Source: a virus
Taxonomy: Duplodnaviria; Caudoviricetes
Length of the DNA stretch: 64,000 bases
Direction: 5' to 3' (one strand)
Virus record (IMG/VR): IMGVR_UViG_3300042314_000891
Span: 1-64,000 of that record
The position numbers and the translations under genes are program-made. Below the pieces are notes generated by a model. That model was not told the origin of the DNA. It was given only the letters and a program-made list of their open reading frames with translations, and did no database searches. Of the stretch, positions 32,339-43,409 are shown in pieces (position 1 is the first letter of the stretch; every line of letters begins with the position of its first letter).

Positions 32339-33873
32339 TGGAAATAGTAATAGCTGGTGGTGGAACTGCAGGATGGTTGACTGCTTTATATGCACAACAC
32401 ATATGTCCAAAAGATAATATAACACTTATAGAAAGCGAAGATATTGGTATATTGGGCGCGGGAGAAGGTTCTACCCCACAACTACCTTGGATATTATTTG
32501 CATTGGGCATTAGTGAAAATGAGCTTATAAAGTATGCAAACGCAACTTTAAAAATGGGTATTAGTTTTGAAAATTGGAGGGGTGATGGTAAAAAGTATAT
32601 GCATAGTTTTGGAATTTCCGATTCAAATTTAAGTCCTTATAATTTTACAAAAACAAAAAATACATTAGTAAGTGGTTTACCCGATAATGGACAGCAATAT
32701 GCGTATATAAATGCTATTGCGAATGGTGAAACGATGGATGATATTAGTTTGGTTTCTAAACTTGCTTACAATAATAAATCACCATTTATCAATGAAAACG
32801 GAAAAGTAAGTTTTGTTTCAAATTATAGTTACCATTTTGATGCAAGTTTATTGGCTAAATTTTTAAGAATGAAAGCCGAAGAGCGTGGTGTAAAAAGAAT
32901 TGAAGCCAAAATAACCGATATTATATCAAATGAAAATGGTGGAATTGGTTCAATAAAATGTGGTGATGTTGAAATAAAATCAGATTTTGTTTTTGATTGT
33001 ACCGGATTTGCAAGATTATTTATTGGAAAACATTTTGGTGTAGAATGGAAATCGCATCAGGATAAATTAAAAGTAAATACTGCTATACCATTCTTTTTAC
33101 CAAAATCAGATACTCTACCACCATACACTAAAGCGGTAGCAATGAAATATGGTTGGATGTGGCAAATACCTTTACAGAATAGATGGGGTTGTGGATATGT
33201 ATTTGATGACAAATATATTAACGTAGAAGAAGCAAAGAAAGAGGTTGAAGAAATGGTAGGACAGGAAATAAAAATCAATAAAGTTATACCATTCGATGCT
33301 GGAAGATATGTTACATCTTGGGTTAAAAATTGTATAGCGGTTGGTTTAAGTTCAACATTTACCGAACCAATTGAAGCAACATCCATTTGGTTGATAATAA
33401 CACAATTGAGAAATCTAACATCTGATAATATACATAATATAGATGAAGATGAGATTGATGATTACAACAAACTAATAGGAGATACTTGCGAAACAATAAT
33501 TGATTTTTTACAATTCCATTATATTACGGATAGAAATGATACTGATTTTTGGAGAGATTACCAAAAAAGAACCACATTAAGTCCAAAAATGAAAAGACGT
33601 TTAAATAGTTGGAAAAAAAGAACTGTAAACATTAATGATAGCGATTTTTTATTTACTCAATTTGAAGAACATAGTTGGTTTGCAGTTGCATATGGTAATG
33701 GTGTAATTGATAAATCGGTGTATGAACGTGAAAATGAAGAATACGATTTAGATAATAAATTAGGAAATTGGTTTATAAAATATGATAATGATATAAATTA
33801 TGCAGAATCTCTAGCATATACACATGAAGAGTTAATTGAGTTAGTTAAATCAAATGATATTATCCTCAATTAA
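32338..33873 (+). CDS. Tryptophan halogenase-like flavoprotein
   Basis: GGGTAGW, GAGEGSTP, GWMWQIPL, EPIEATSI. Confidence 0.9.
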   Translation: MEIVIAGGGTAGWLTALYAQHICPKDNITLIESEDIGILGAGEGSTPQLPWILFALGISENELIKYANATLKMGISFENWRGDGKKYMHSFGISDSNLSPYNFTKTKNTLVSGLPDNGQQYAYINAIANGETMDDISLVSKLAYNNKSPFINENGKVSFVSNYSYHFDASLLAKFLRMKAEERGVKRIEAKITDIISNENGGIGSIKCGDVEIKSDFVFDCTGFARLFIGKHFGVEWKSHQDKLKVNTAIPFFLPKSDTLPPYTKAVAMKYGWMWQIPLQNRWGCGYVFDDKYINVEEAKKEVEEMVGQEIKINKVIPFDAGRYVTSWVKNCIAVGLSSTFTEPIEATSIWLIITQLRNLTSDNIHNIDEDEIDDYNKLIGDTCETIIDFLQFHYITDRNDTDFWRDYQKRTTLSPKMKRRLNSWKKRTVNINDSDFLFTQFEEHSWFAVAYGNGVIDKSVYERENEEYDLDNKLGNWFIKYDNDINYAESLAYTHEELIELVKSNDIILN

Positions 33874-34004
33874 ATTTGGAGATACGAAAAAATATTCGTA
33901 TCTTTGTTTCAACATTTTAAGAATCCGATATTTATATGTGTAAGATTTATCGCGATAATCTTAAAATCTAAAATAAATAAAACTTAAAAACAAAAACGTA
34001 CATT

Positions 34005-34865
34005 ATGGACATTAGTGCAATCAAGCAGCGTCTCAATTCGTTGCAAAACACATCCAAAAAGACAGATGCTTTATGGAAACCAAAACCAGGAAAATATGTA
34101 TTACGCATAGTTCCTTATAAGTTCAACAAACAAAATCCTTTTATTGAACTTTTATTTCATTACAACATTAACAACAAAACTTATTTATCACCAGCTTCTT
34201 TTGGAAGACCTGACCCGATTTTAGAGTTTGCCGAAAAGTTAAAACGATTAGGTGATACTGAAAATTGGAAAGCAGGTAAGAAGATGGAGCCGAAATTGCG
34301 TACATTCGCACCTGTGGTTATTCGTGGACAAGAAAGCGAAGGAGTTAAGTTTTGGGGATTTGGTAAAACTGTATATCAAGAGATTCTTGCAATCATTGCA
34401 GACCCTGATTATGGTGATATTACCGATGAGAACGAAGGTCGTGATGTGGTAATCGAAATCGTAGAAGAAGCTGGTAAAACATATCCAGAGACTCGTATCA
34501 GAGTAAAACCAAATGTAACAAAACTAACTGAAAACCCAGAGTTAGAAAACAAATTACTAAATGAGCAGACGGAAATTACTGACATTTATAGTGAGTTATC
34601 TTACGCTGAATTGAAAGGTGTTTTAGAAAATTGGTTAAACCCAACTGCACAACATGAGGATGAAGAATCACCTGCACCATCGGTTGCATCTGAAACATTA
34701 GCACCTAAACCACAATCGGTTCAGGAGCAAGTAGCACCTCAACCTGTTTCAGTACCTAAATCAACAGAGCCAATTACAGAGTTACCTTGGGATGTAGCAG
34801 AAGAAAAACCTGCTTCTACAAAGGTTGATGTAGCATCGGCATTTGAAGATTTATTCAATTCATAA
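34005..34865 (+). CDS. Single-stranded DNA-binding protein (gp32-like)
   Basis: WKPKPG, VKFWGFGKTVY, YGDITD, acidic tail ending AFEDLFNS. Confidence 0.85.
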   Translation: MDISAIKQRLNSLQNTSKKTDALWKPKPGKYVLRIVPYKFNKQNPFIELLFHYNINNKTYLSPASFGRPDPILEFAEKLKRLGDTENWKAGKKMEPKLRTFAPVVIRGQESEGVKFWGFGKTVYQEILAIIADPDYGDITDENEGRDVVIEIVEEAGKTYPETRIRVKPNVTKLTENPELENKLLNEQTEITDIYSELSYAELKGVLENWLNPTAQHEDEESPAPSVASETLAPKPQSVQEQVAPQPVSVPKSTEPITELPWDVAEEKPASTKVDVASAFEDLFNS

Positions 34866-34882
34866 AATAAAAAGGAGTTATA

Positions 34883-36010
34883 ATGGCAAAAGTTCAAGCA
34901 GATTTAGCACAACAAATTGCCGATAATCTAAATAAGAAATACAAAGACCAAAAGGTTGCTTTCTTTTTAGATGATGACTCGGAGGATGCACCCACCAATA
35001 TAACGGGGTGGGTGTCCTCTGGGGCAACTATGTTGGATGTTGCAGTTTCCAATAGACCATTTGGAGGTTTTCCAATTGGTAGAATTACGGAAATTACGGG
35101 ATTAGAGCAGAGTGGTAAATCATTACTATCAGCACACGTGTTAGCGGAAACGCAAAAGCAAGGTGGTGTTGCAGTGTTGATTGATACCGAAACTGCGGTA
35201 AGTAGAGAGTTCTTTGATGCGATTGGTGTAGATGTATCTAAACTATTATATATTACGGCAGATACCGTAGAGGATATATTTGAAACAATTGATACAATCA
35301 TTGAGCAAGTAAGAAAAGGTGATAAAGATAAGTTAGTAACTATCGTAGTTGATTCAGTAGCAGCAGCATCTACAAAGAGAGAGCTGGAAGCTGATTACGA
35401 TAAGGATGGATACGCAACTGATAAGGCAATCATTATTTCAAAGGCAATGCGTAAAATCACAAATGTGATTGGTAGACAAAAGATTACATTAGTATTCACA
35501 AACCAATTACGCCAAAAGATGAACGCAATGGCATTTTCAGACCCTTGGACTACATCGGGTGGTAAAGCAATTGCTTTCCACGCTTCGGTTCGGTTGCGAT
35601 TAGCATCAACCGGTAAAATCAAAGCAAAGGATGAAAAAGGTAATGAGAGAATTGTTGGTATCAAAGTAAGAGCCAACGTTATTAAGAATAGATTAGGACC
35701 ACCATTACGTTCAGCAGATTTTGATATTTTCTTTGATAGAGGTATTGACAACTATGGAGCATGGTTGGGAGCAATGAAAGATTATAACTTTGTTAAGCAA
35801 GGTGGAGCGTGGTACACATATGTTGATACTGAAACTGGTGAAGAATTTAAGTTCCAAGCCAAAGAGTTACAAGAAATATTGGAAAACAACCCATCTGTAA
35901 AAGAACAAATCTATAAACGAATTTGTGAATTTACTATTCTACAATACAAAAAGGATTCATTAGATACTGATAATCTGGTAGTAGATGCGAGTGTATTAAG
36001 TGATGAATAA
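34883..36010 (+). CDS. recA: RecA/UvsX recombinase
   Basis: GLEQSGKS, VVDSVAA, TSGGKAIAFHASVRL. Confidence 0.95.
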   Translation: MAKVQADLAQQIADNLNKKYKDQKVAFFLDDDSEDAPTNITGWVSSGATMLDVAVSNRPFGGFPIGRITEITGLEQSGKSLLSAHVLAETQKQGGVAVLIDTETAVSREFFDAIGVDVSKLLYITADTVEDIFETIDTIIEQVRKGDKDKLVTIVVDSVAAASTKRELEADYDKDGYATDKAIIISKAMRKITNVIGRQKITLVFTNQLRQKMNAMAFSDPWTTSGGKAIAFHASVRLRLASTGKIKAKDEKGNERIVGIKVRANVIKNRLGPPLRSADFDIFFDRGIDNYGAWLGAMKDYNFVKQGGAWYTYVDTETGEEFKFQAKELQEILENNPSVKEQIYKRICEFTILQYKKDSLDTDNLVVDASVLSDE

Positions 36011-36018
36011 ACAAACAT

Positions 36019-37074
36019 ATGAACGAGTTATATAAAAGGTTATTAGATGAGGTTAGCGATGAGCATACAAAAGTAAAAAAACAATCCTTAAACTCAAAAG
36101 TTCTATTAGTAGATGGATTAAATACTTTTATCAGAGCATGGACGGTAAATCCCACAATGGATGATAATGGTGACCACATCGGTGGTATCACTGGATTCCT
36201 AAAGAGTATAGGTTACGCAATCAGAGAATACAAAGCAACTCGTTGTATCATTGTATTTGATGGTAAAGGTGGTTCGGATAGCCGTAAAAAGATATTTAGT
36301 GGATACAAAGCTGATAGAGGTAAAAGCCGTTTTAGAGTAAATCGTCAATATGAAGATATGATGTCCAAGGAAGATGAGAGTGTTTCTATGAAACGCCAGA
36401 TGATTGGCTTAATAGAACTGCTTGAATATCTTCCTGTGGATATTATGTTGTTTGATAATATAGAAGCAGATGATGTGATTGGATATATTGCATCACAATT
36501 AGTTACAGAAGATGAAGGAGCGATAGTAATGTCATCCGATAAAGATTTTTTACAATTAGTTAAATCAAATGTTGAAGTTTACTCGCCAAGCAAAAAGAAA
36601 TTATATACGGAGCAAAAGGTTGTTGAGGAGTTTGGCATCCATCCCAACAATTTTATGGTATATCGCTGTCTTGATGGTGACACCTCTGATAATATCAATG
36701 GTATTAGTGGGTGTGGTCTTAAAACAATTATTAAGAGATTTCCGGAAGTGGTGGAATCGGAAAGAGTAGAGTTTGATAAACTATACGAATTATGCGAAGA
36801 ACGTGGAGCCGGAAAAGGACCTAAAATCTACAAAGATATTTTAGACGGAAAACCAATTGTAGAAAGAAATTTCAGATTGATGCAATTAGAAAACCCTGAA
36901 ATATCATCTAATACAAGAATGAAGATTAACGCCAAATATAAGGAAAATGTATCTAAATTAGATAAATTATCTTTTATTAAAAAGGCAATGAGTATAAAAG
37001 TTATTGATGCACTTGGAGATGTGAATAGCTGGGTGGTAAAAACTTTTGCAACAATAAACAAATATAGTAAATAA
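36019..37074 (+). CDS. 5'-3' exonuclease / RNase H (FEN family)
   Basis: VDGLN, EADDVIG, SSDKDFLQL, GDTSDNINGI. Confidence 0.93.
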   Translation: MNELYKRLLDEVSDEHTKVKKQSLNSKVLLVDGLNTFIRAWTVNPTMDDNGDHIGGITGFLKSIGYAIREYKATRCIIVFDGKGGSDSRKKIFSGYKADRGKSRFRVNRQYEDMMSKEDESVSMKRQMIGLIELLEYLPVDIMLFDNIEADDVIGYIASQLVTEDEGAIVMSSDKDFLQLVKSNVEVYSPSKKKLYTEQKVVEEFGIHPNNFMVYRCLDGDTSDNINGISGCGLKTIIKRFPEVVESERVEFDKLYELCEERGAGKGPKIYKDILDGKPIVERNFRLMQLENPEISSNTRMKINAKYKENVSKLDKLSFIKKAMSIKVIDALGDVNSWVVKTFATINKYSK

Positions 37075-37098
37075 CAATTAAACACGGAGATAAAATCT

Positions 37099-37311
37099 AT
37101 GAAGTGCATTAAAAGTAAAGAAGGAGAAATCCGAAGAGTAGTAGAAACGGAAGCTGACCAAAAGGTAGCAAATTACGGATGGGTGTTCGTTCCCAAATCA
37201 GAGTGGAAAGCCCTACGTCCAAAGAAAGAGGACAAACCAAAAGTTGAAGTAGACGCAAATTTATCAATTGAAGAAAAAAGATTAGCTAGAAAGAAGAAGG
37301 ATAAAAAATAA
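37099..37311 (+). CDS. Small basic hypothetical protein
   Basis: ORF in replication operon. Confidence 0.65.
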   Translation: MKCIKSKEGEIRRVVETEADQKVANYGWVFVPKSEWKALRPKKEDKPKVEVDANLSIEEKRLARKKKDKK

Positions 37312-38678
37312 TGGAAGCAATAGATAATCTACAAAAGTTCGGACAATCGTACCAAGCTAAAGTAGTTGCATCATTATTGGAATCCCAACCTTTCTTAAAT
37401 CAAGTTTCAGATATAACCAAAAAAGATTTTTTTGAAACAGAAGCAGATAGATGGATAGTTGGAGAAATTGTATCCTATAATCAAACAAGTAATGCTGCAC
37501 CTACATTGGATGTATTCAAAGTTAAATTGAGTACAATAGAAACAGATGCGCAGAAGAAAATGATTGTAGATAGATTACAACAAATCTACGATTTATTTGG
37601 TTCACCTGATGCTGATTTTGTTAAGAAAGAATATCTACAATTTTGTAAAAGACAAAAACTTAAATCTGCAATTTTCCAATCCGTAGACTTATTACAAAGT
37701 GGTAAGTACGATGAAGTAGGAACAATCATTCAGGATGCATTAAGAGCTGGTTTAGAAAACAATTTAGGACACGATTACTTTTTAGATATTCTATATCGTT
37801 TAGAAGATGTAAAGAGAAATTCCGTACCTACCGGTTGGAAACCAATCAATGAGTTAATGGATGGTGGTTTAGGACCTGGTGAGTTAGGTGTTGTAGTAGC
37901 ACCATCGGGTATTGGTAAAACTTGGTTGTTATGTAAGTTGGGTGCAGATGCAGTAGCAATGGGTTTTAATGTTTTGCATTATAGTTTGGAGTTAAGTGAG
38001 AACTATGTGGGGTGTAGATACGATACAATCTATACAGGTATTCCTTTAGCTGATTTAAAGAACAACAAAGAGGAAATCCAACGTAAGTTGAAAAACTATA
38101 CATCTCGTTTGATGATTAAAAATTATCCAAACAGAGGTGCGAGTGTTAAAACTATGAAGGCACATATAGATAAGTTGAGAGCAACTGGTTTTATCCCACA
38201 TCTTATCATTGTTGATTATGCGGATTTACTTAAACCTGTAAACAAACGTGATGGTTTATATGCAGAATTAGGTGGAGTGTATGAGGAACTGCGTGGTATG
38301 GGTGGTGAAGTTGGTGTTCCAATTTGGACAGCATCACAAACCAATAGAGGTGCATTAGAAGATGAAGTAATCCACGCAGATTCAATTGCAGATAGTTACG
38401 CTAAAGTAATGACAGCCGATTTTATTATGAGTGTATCTCGTAAGGATAAAGATAAGTTGGCAAATACTGCAAGGGTTCACGTGATGAAAAACAGATTTGG
38501 ACCAGATGGTTTAACGTTCCCAACAAAGATGGATACGATGAAAGGTGAGATAGAAATATACGATGCTCAATCATCAAATGGTATTATGGCAACCAAAGAA
38601 AGTAATAACGGAGTTCAGATTGAAAAGAAATTATTACACAAAAAGTACTTGGAAACGATGCCAACTGATATGGGATAA
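37311..38678 (+). CDS. Replicative DnaB-family helicase (gp41-like)
   Basis: APSGIGKT, IIVDYADLL, WTASQTNR, KNRFG. Confidence 0.93.
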   Translation: MEAIDNLQKFGQSYQAKVVASLLESQPFLNQVSDITKKDFFETEADRWIVGEIVSYNQTSNAAPTLDVFKVKLSTIETDAQKKMIVDRLQQIYDLFGSPDADFVKKEYLQFCKRQKLKSAIFQSVDLLQSGKYDEVGTIIQDALRAGLENNLGHDYFLDILYRLEDVKRNSVPTGWKPINELMDGGLGPGELGVVVAPSGIGKTWLLCKLGADAVAMGFNVLHYSLELSENYVGCRYDTIYTGIPLADLKNNKEEIQRKLKNYTSRLMIKNYPNRGASVKTMKAHIDKLRATGFIPHLIIVDYADLLKPVNKRDGLYAELGGVYEELRGMGGEVGVPIWTASQTNRGALEDEVIHADSIADSYAKVMTADFIMSVSRKDKDKLANTARVHVMKNRFGPDGLTFPTKMDTMKGEIEIYDAQSSNGIMATKESNNGVQIEKKLLHKKYLETMPTDMG

Positions 38679-38789
38679 TATCCTAAAATACTACCACACT
38701 TACATAGAAAAATCCTATGAAAAGTTGGGTTGAAAAGGGGATATATACAATACTTATCTATACCTAAAATTAAAATTGGATAAAAAACT

Positions 38790-39803
38790 ATGAGCAAATT
38801 ATTTACAGAAAGGGTAGCATATAAACCATTTGAATACCCTGTTTATTATACGGAAGGTTGGTTACTACAAGCTCAAGCGTTTTGGTTACATACGGAAATA
38901 CCGATGCAAGGTGATGTTAAAGATTGGAACGAAAATCTATCACCTGCTGAAAAGAATTTAGTTGGAAATATTCTTTTGGGCTTTGCTCAAACAGAATGTG
39001 CGGTTTCCGATTATTGGACAGGGATGGTTACTAAATGGTTTCCAAAGCATGAAATAAGACAAATGGCTATGTTGTTTGGTTCACAAGAAACAATCCACGC
39101 AGTAGCATATTCTTACTTAAATGAAACATTGGGGTTAGATGATTTTGAAGGATTCTTACACGATGATGCAATGAGAGCAAGATTTGAGATGCTAACACAA
39201 ACTACGGCAGATTGGACACCAGAAGACATAAGAACAAACTCAATTGCAAGAAAAGAGGTAGCACGTTCATTAGCAATCTTTTCAGCATTTGCAGAAGGTG
39301 TAGCACTATACTCTTCATTTGCAGTTCTATATTCTTTCCAAATGAGAAATCTATTGAAAGGAATTGGACAACAAATGAAGTGGAGTGTAAGAGATGAATC
39401 ACTACATTCTAAAATGGGTTGTCAATTATTCAGACATATGTGTGATGAGTATCCTGAATTGTTAGAAGAAGCAAAATCTTCTATATATGAAGCAGCACAT
39501 ATAATGCAAGGTTTGGAACATAAGTATATTGATAAGATATTTGAAAGAGGTGATTTAGAAAATCTTAAAAAAGATGATTTAAAACACTTCATTACAAAAC
39601 GAATCAATGAAAAGTTAGGAGAATTAGGTTACAATCCATTCGTAGGTGGAGATGATTATTTTCAATACAATGAAAAGAAAGCAAGTGAATTAGATTGGTT
39701 CTACCATCTTACAGGTGGAGTAACACATACTGATTTCTTTGCAATGAGACCAACGGATTATTCAAAAGCAGGTGAAGGGGAAGATTGGGGAGATATATTT
39801 TAA
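38790..39803 (+). CDS. nrdB: Ribonucleotide reductase class I beta subunit
   Basis: ETIHAVAY, EGVALYSSF, RDESLH. Confidence 0.95.
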   Translation: MSKLFTERVAYKPFEYPVYYTEGWLLQAQAFWLHTEIPMQGDVKDWNENLSPAEKNLVGNILLGFAQTECAVSDYWTGMVTKWFPKHEIRQMAMLFGSQETIHAVAYSYLNETLGLDDFEGFLHDDAMRARFEMLTQTTADWTPEDIRTNSIARKEVARSLAIFSAFAEGVALYSSFAVLYSFQMRNLLKGIGQQMKWSVRDESLHSKMGCQLFRHMCDEYPELLEEAKSSIYEAAHIMQGLEHKYIDKIFERGDLENLKKDDLKHFITKRINEKLGELGYNPFVGGDDYFQYNEKKASELDWFYHLTGGVTHTDFFAMRPTDYSKAGEGEDWGDIF

Positions 39804-39810
39804 TTAAATT

Positions 39811-41592
39811 ATGAGAAATTACGGAGAAGAATTTGGTTGGGAAGTTGATGTAGACTTCCCACAATGGGGAAATAATGAGATATATGTAAAGACTATATCT
39901 AAAGGTTACTTACAAGATGGTGAAAAACCAAAGGATGCGTATTGGCGTGTATCTACAAAGGTAGCACAACGATTGGGTAAACCTCAATTGGCTACAAAGT
40001 TTTTTGATTACATTTGGAAAGGGTGGTTATGTTTAGCAACACCCGTATTATCGAACACGGGTACAGATAGGGGATTACCAATTTCATGCTTTGGTATTGA
40101 TGTAGGTGATAGTATCTATGAGATTGGTTCAAAGAATTTAGAACTAATGTTGTTAGCAAAGCATGGTGGTGGTGTTGGTATTGGTATAAACCAAATCAGA
40201 CCAGCTGGTGCAAAGATTACTGGTAATGGTACATCGGATGGTGTAGTTCCATTCTGTAAAATTTATGATTCAACTATACTTGCTACAAATCAAGGTTCAG
40301 TTCGTAGAGGCGCAGCTTCGGTAAATATGAACATTGAGCATAAAGATTTTGAGGATTGGTTGGAGATTAGAGAACCAAAGGGCGATGTGAATCGTCAATC
40401 ATTAAATATGCACCAATGTGCAGTAGTGGGTGATAAGTTTATGCGTAAGTTGCAGGATGGTGAAACCGAAGCTCGTAGAAAATGGGGTAAGTTATTACAA
40501 AAAAGAAAAGCAACGGGTGAACCATATATTATGTATAAGGGTAATGTAAACAAACAAAACCCAGAAGCATATAAAAAGAATGGTTTGAAGGTGTATATGA
40601 CAAACATTTGTAGTGAGATTGTATTACATACTGACGAATCCCATTCATTCGTATGTTGCCTTTCATCACTCAATCTTGCTAAATACGATGAGTGGAAAAA
40701 TACTGATTTAGTATATACTGCTACTATGTTTTTAGATGGTGTATTAGAAGAGTTTATACAAAGAGCTAAAGGTTTAGTTGGATTTGATAATTCAGTTCGT
40801 TCAGCAGTAAAAGGAAGAGCATTAGGGTTGGGTGTATTAGGGTGGCATACATACCTACAACAAAAGGGTATTCCATTTGAAGGTTTGCCAGCACAATTTG
40901 AAACTCGTAAGATTTTCTCTCAAATGAAAATTGAGAGTGAAAGAGCAAGTAGAGATATGGGAGCAGAGTATGGTGAGCCATTGTGGTGTAGAGATACTGG
41001 TTTCCGTAATACACATTTGAGAGCAGTGGCACCAACAGTATCAAACTCTAAATTGAGTGGTAATGTTAGTAGTGGTATTGAACCTTGGGCAGCAAATGTA
41101 TTTACAGAGCAGACATCAAAAGGAACATTCATTCGTAAGAACCCAGAGTTAGAAAGAGTGTTAAGAAAGATGACCAAAAACACCAAAGAGGTATGGGATA
41201 AAATCCTTGCAGATGGTGGCTCTGTACAAGATTTAGATTTCTTGGATGAGTGGTGTTTCTTTGAAGGTAAATTAGTTCAATGTAACGAAGTAACTACTGA
41301 AGACCATATGCATAAATGTAGTTCAGTTAAAGATGTATTTAAAACATTTAAGGAAATAAACCAATTAGATTTAGTAAAGCAAGCTGGTGTTAGACAACAA
41401 TATATAGACCAGGCTGTTTCTCTTAATTTAGCATTCCCTGCAACCGCAGAACCAAAGTGGATTAATCAGGTTACTATGGAAGCATGGAAAGAGGGTGTAA
41501 AAACTCTATACTATATGAGAACAGAATCAGTATTAAGAGGAGATATTGCGGCAAGAGCAATGGACCCTGATTGTGTTTCGTGTGAAGGATAA
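39811..41592 (+). CDS. nrdA: Ribonucleotide reductase class I alpha subunit
   Basis: ATPVLSN, SCF, TNICSEI, APTVSNS, C-terminal CVSCEG. Confidence 0.95.
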   Translation: MRNYGEEFGWEVDVDFPQWGNNEIYVKTISKGYLQDGEKPKDAYWRVSTKVAQRLGKPQLATKFFDYIWKGWLCLATPVLSNTGTDRGLPISCFGIDVGDSIYEIGSKNLELMLLAKHGGGVGIGINQIRPAGAKITGNGTSDGVVPFCKIYDSTILATNQGSVRRGAASVNMNIEHKDFEDWLEIREPKGDVNRQSLNMHQCAVVGDKFMRKLQDGETEARRKWGKLLQKRKATGEPYIMYKGNVNKQNPEAYKKNGLKVYMTNICSEIVLHTDESHSFVCCLSSLNLAKYDEWKNTDLVYTATMFLDGVLEEFIQRAKGLVGFDNSVRSAVKGRALGLGVLGWHTYLQQKGIPFEGLPAQFETRKIFSQMKIESERASRDMGAEYGEPLWCRDTGFRNTHLRAVAPTVSNSKLSGNVSSGIEPWAANVFTEQTSKGTFIRKNPELERVLRKMTKNTKEVWDKILADGGSVQDLDFLDEWCFFEGKLVQCNEVTTEDHMHKCSSVKDVFKTFKEINQLDLVKQAGVRQQYIDQAVSLNLAFPATAEPKWINQVTMEAWKEGVKTLYYMRTESVLRGDIAARAMDPDCVSCEG

Positions 41593-41608
41593 ACTAAACA
41601 ATAATGTT

Positions 41609-42337
41609 ATGGGTGAGAATGTATCAAATAAAAACAAAGAATTGACCGAAAAGATAAAAGAAGAAATTATTGAGAAGCCGAAAGGACCAATTAAATTTCA
41701 AATTCAACTTAACGAAGAACAAAAAGAAGCAAAGGAAAAAATCCTAAATAACGCAATTACAATATTAAGTGGTAAAGCAGGTAGTGGTAAAACACTACTT
41801 GCCTGCCAAGTAGCATTGGATATGTTATTTAAAAAGACGGTTCACAAAATCATCATCACTCGCCCAACGGTAAGTAAAGAAGAGATTGGTTTCTTACCTG
41901 GTGATTTGAGAGAGAAAATGGAACCTTGGATGCAACCTGTTTATTCTAATTTTTATCAACTATATAATAAAGAAAAGATTGATAAGATTTTAGAAAACGG
42001 ACAAGTGGAAATTGTACCTTTGGCATTTATGAGAGGTAGAACATTTTTGGATTCATTTATTATTGTAGATGAAGCACAGAATTGTACAAACGACCAGATG
42101 GAAATGATTACATCTCGTTTGGGATTAAGAAGTAAAATGGTTGTTTGTGGTGATTCACAACAAGTAGATTTAAAGTATAAAGGAGAAAGTGGATTTAAGT
42201 TTTTAGTAACTGCAGCAAAAAAGATTAAAGATATGGATTCACAAACTCTATTAACAAATCACAGACATCCAGTAGTAGATGCATTATTGGATGCATATGA
42301 TGAATTTAAAGAAAAACAAAATAAAGAAGGAAGATAA
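41609..42337 (+). CDS. phoH: PhoH-like ATPase
   Basis: GKAGSGKT, IGFLPG, FMRGRTF, DEAQN, GDSQQVD; ATG 41609 preferred. Confidence 0.93.
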   Translation: MGENVSNKNKELTEKIKEEIIEKPKGPIKFQIQLNEEQKEAKEKILNNAITILSGKAGSGKTLLACQVALDMLFKKTVHKIIITRPTVSKEEIGFLPGDLREKMEPWMQPVYSNFYQLYNKEKIDKILENGQVEIVPLAFMRGRTFLDSFIIVDEAQNCTNDQMEMITSRLGLRSKMVVCGDSQQVDLKYKGESGFKFLVTAAKKIKDMDSQTLLTNHRHPVVDALLDAYDEFKEKQNKEGR

Positions 42338-42339
42338 AA

Positions 42340-42600
42340 ATGATTAGTGTAAAGAAATTTTCAGCTAGCTGGTGTGGACCATGCAAAACTCTAAAACCAA
42401 TTTTTGAAGAAGTTAAACAATCCGTTAGTGGTGTTAAGTTTGAAGAATATGATGTAGATGAAGCATTTGAATTAGCAACTAAATATAATATCCGTTCAGT
42501 TCCTACTGTAATTATTGAAAAAGATGGTAAGGAAGTACAAAGATTCGCTGGTGTATCTTCAAAAGTTGCATATGTAAACGCTATAAACGAAAGTTTGTAG
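42340..42600 (+). CDS. Thioredoxin
   Basis: WCGPCK. Confidence 0.95.
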   Translation: MISVKKFSASWCGPCKTLKPIFEEVKQSVSGVKFEEYDVDEAFELATKYNIRSVPTVIIEKDGKEVQRFAGVSSKVAYVNAINESL

Positions 42601-42644
42601 TAAAAAATTAGGTTATATAAAAAAGTTTTATTATCTTTGTAACT

Positions 42645-43409
42645 ATGAAAGTAGAAGGTAAGGAGTATTGTAATACATCCAAACTCATAGTTAGACCTGT
42701 GAACAAATCCGTTGCAAAGGATATTATTGTAAATAACCATTATAGTGGTATATGGACAAAGGTATCCTATGCATTGGGTTTGTTTTATCAATCAGAGGAT
42801 GAGCATCAATTTTTTAGTGGAGTAAATGAAAAGCTAATAGGTGTAGCTTGTTATGGTGACCCTATTGGTAGAAATACCGGAGCATCTATTTCCGATATGT
42901 TGGATAGAGATACAGTATTAGAATTGACTCGTTTATTTGTATTTGATGGATATGGTTCTAATATAGAGAGTTGGTTTGTAGCACAAACATTTCAATGGTT
43001 ACGAGATAATACACCAAAGATTAGAGCACTAATTTCATATTCAGACCCAAAGGTTGGACACAAAGGAACTATTTACCAAGCTACTAATTGGATTTATCAA
43101 GGTAACAAAATTAGGTGGAGTGATAGTTGGAGTTTTAAGTGGAGTGAAATAGATGAGTGGCAACATGGTAGAACTATATTTCCATATTATGGTACTAATG
43201 ACCCAAAGAAAATACAAACAATGGTAACATCGCCATTTTGGATTAAACGAGAACCGCAAAAACATCGTTATGTGTATTTCCTAACTAAAGATAAAAAGGT
43301 TAGAAAGCAATTAATTAAATCCTTAAAGCATGAAACTTTCCCATATCCAAAAGAAAGTGAAGAGCATGTTGATGAAATATATAAATTAGAACCAATTGAA
43401 AGAAGCTAA
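42645..43409 (+). CDS. Mom-family (GNAT-fold) adenine-modification enzyme 1
   Basis: NNHYS, LIGVACYG, LELTRL, LISYSDPKVGHKGTIYQATNWIYQG, KHRYVY. Confidence 0.8.
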   Translation: MKVEGKEYCNTSKLIVRPVNKSVAKDIIVNNHYSGIWTKVSYALGLFYQSEDEHQFFSGVNEKLIGVACYGDPIGRNTGASISDMLDRDTVLELTRLFVFDGYGSNIESWFVAQTFQWLRDNTPKIRALISYSDPKVGHKGTIYQATNWIYQGNKIRWSDSWSFKWSEIDEWQHGRTIFPYYGTNDPKKIQTMVTSPFWIKREPQKHRYVYFLTKDKKVRKQLIKSLKHETFPYPKESEEHVDEIYKLEPIERS

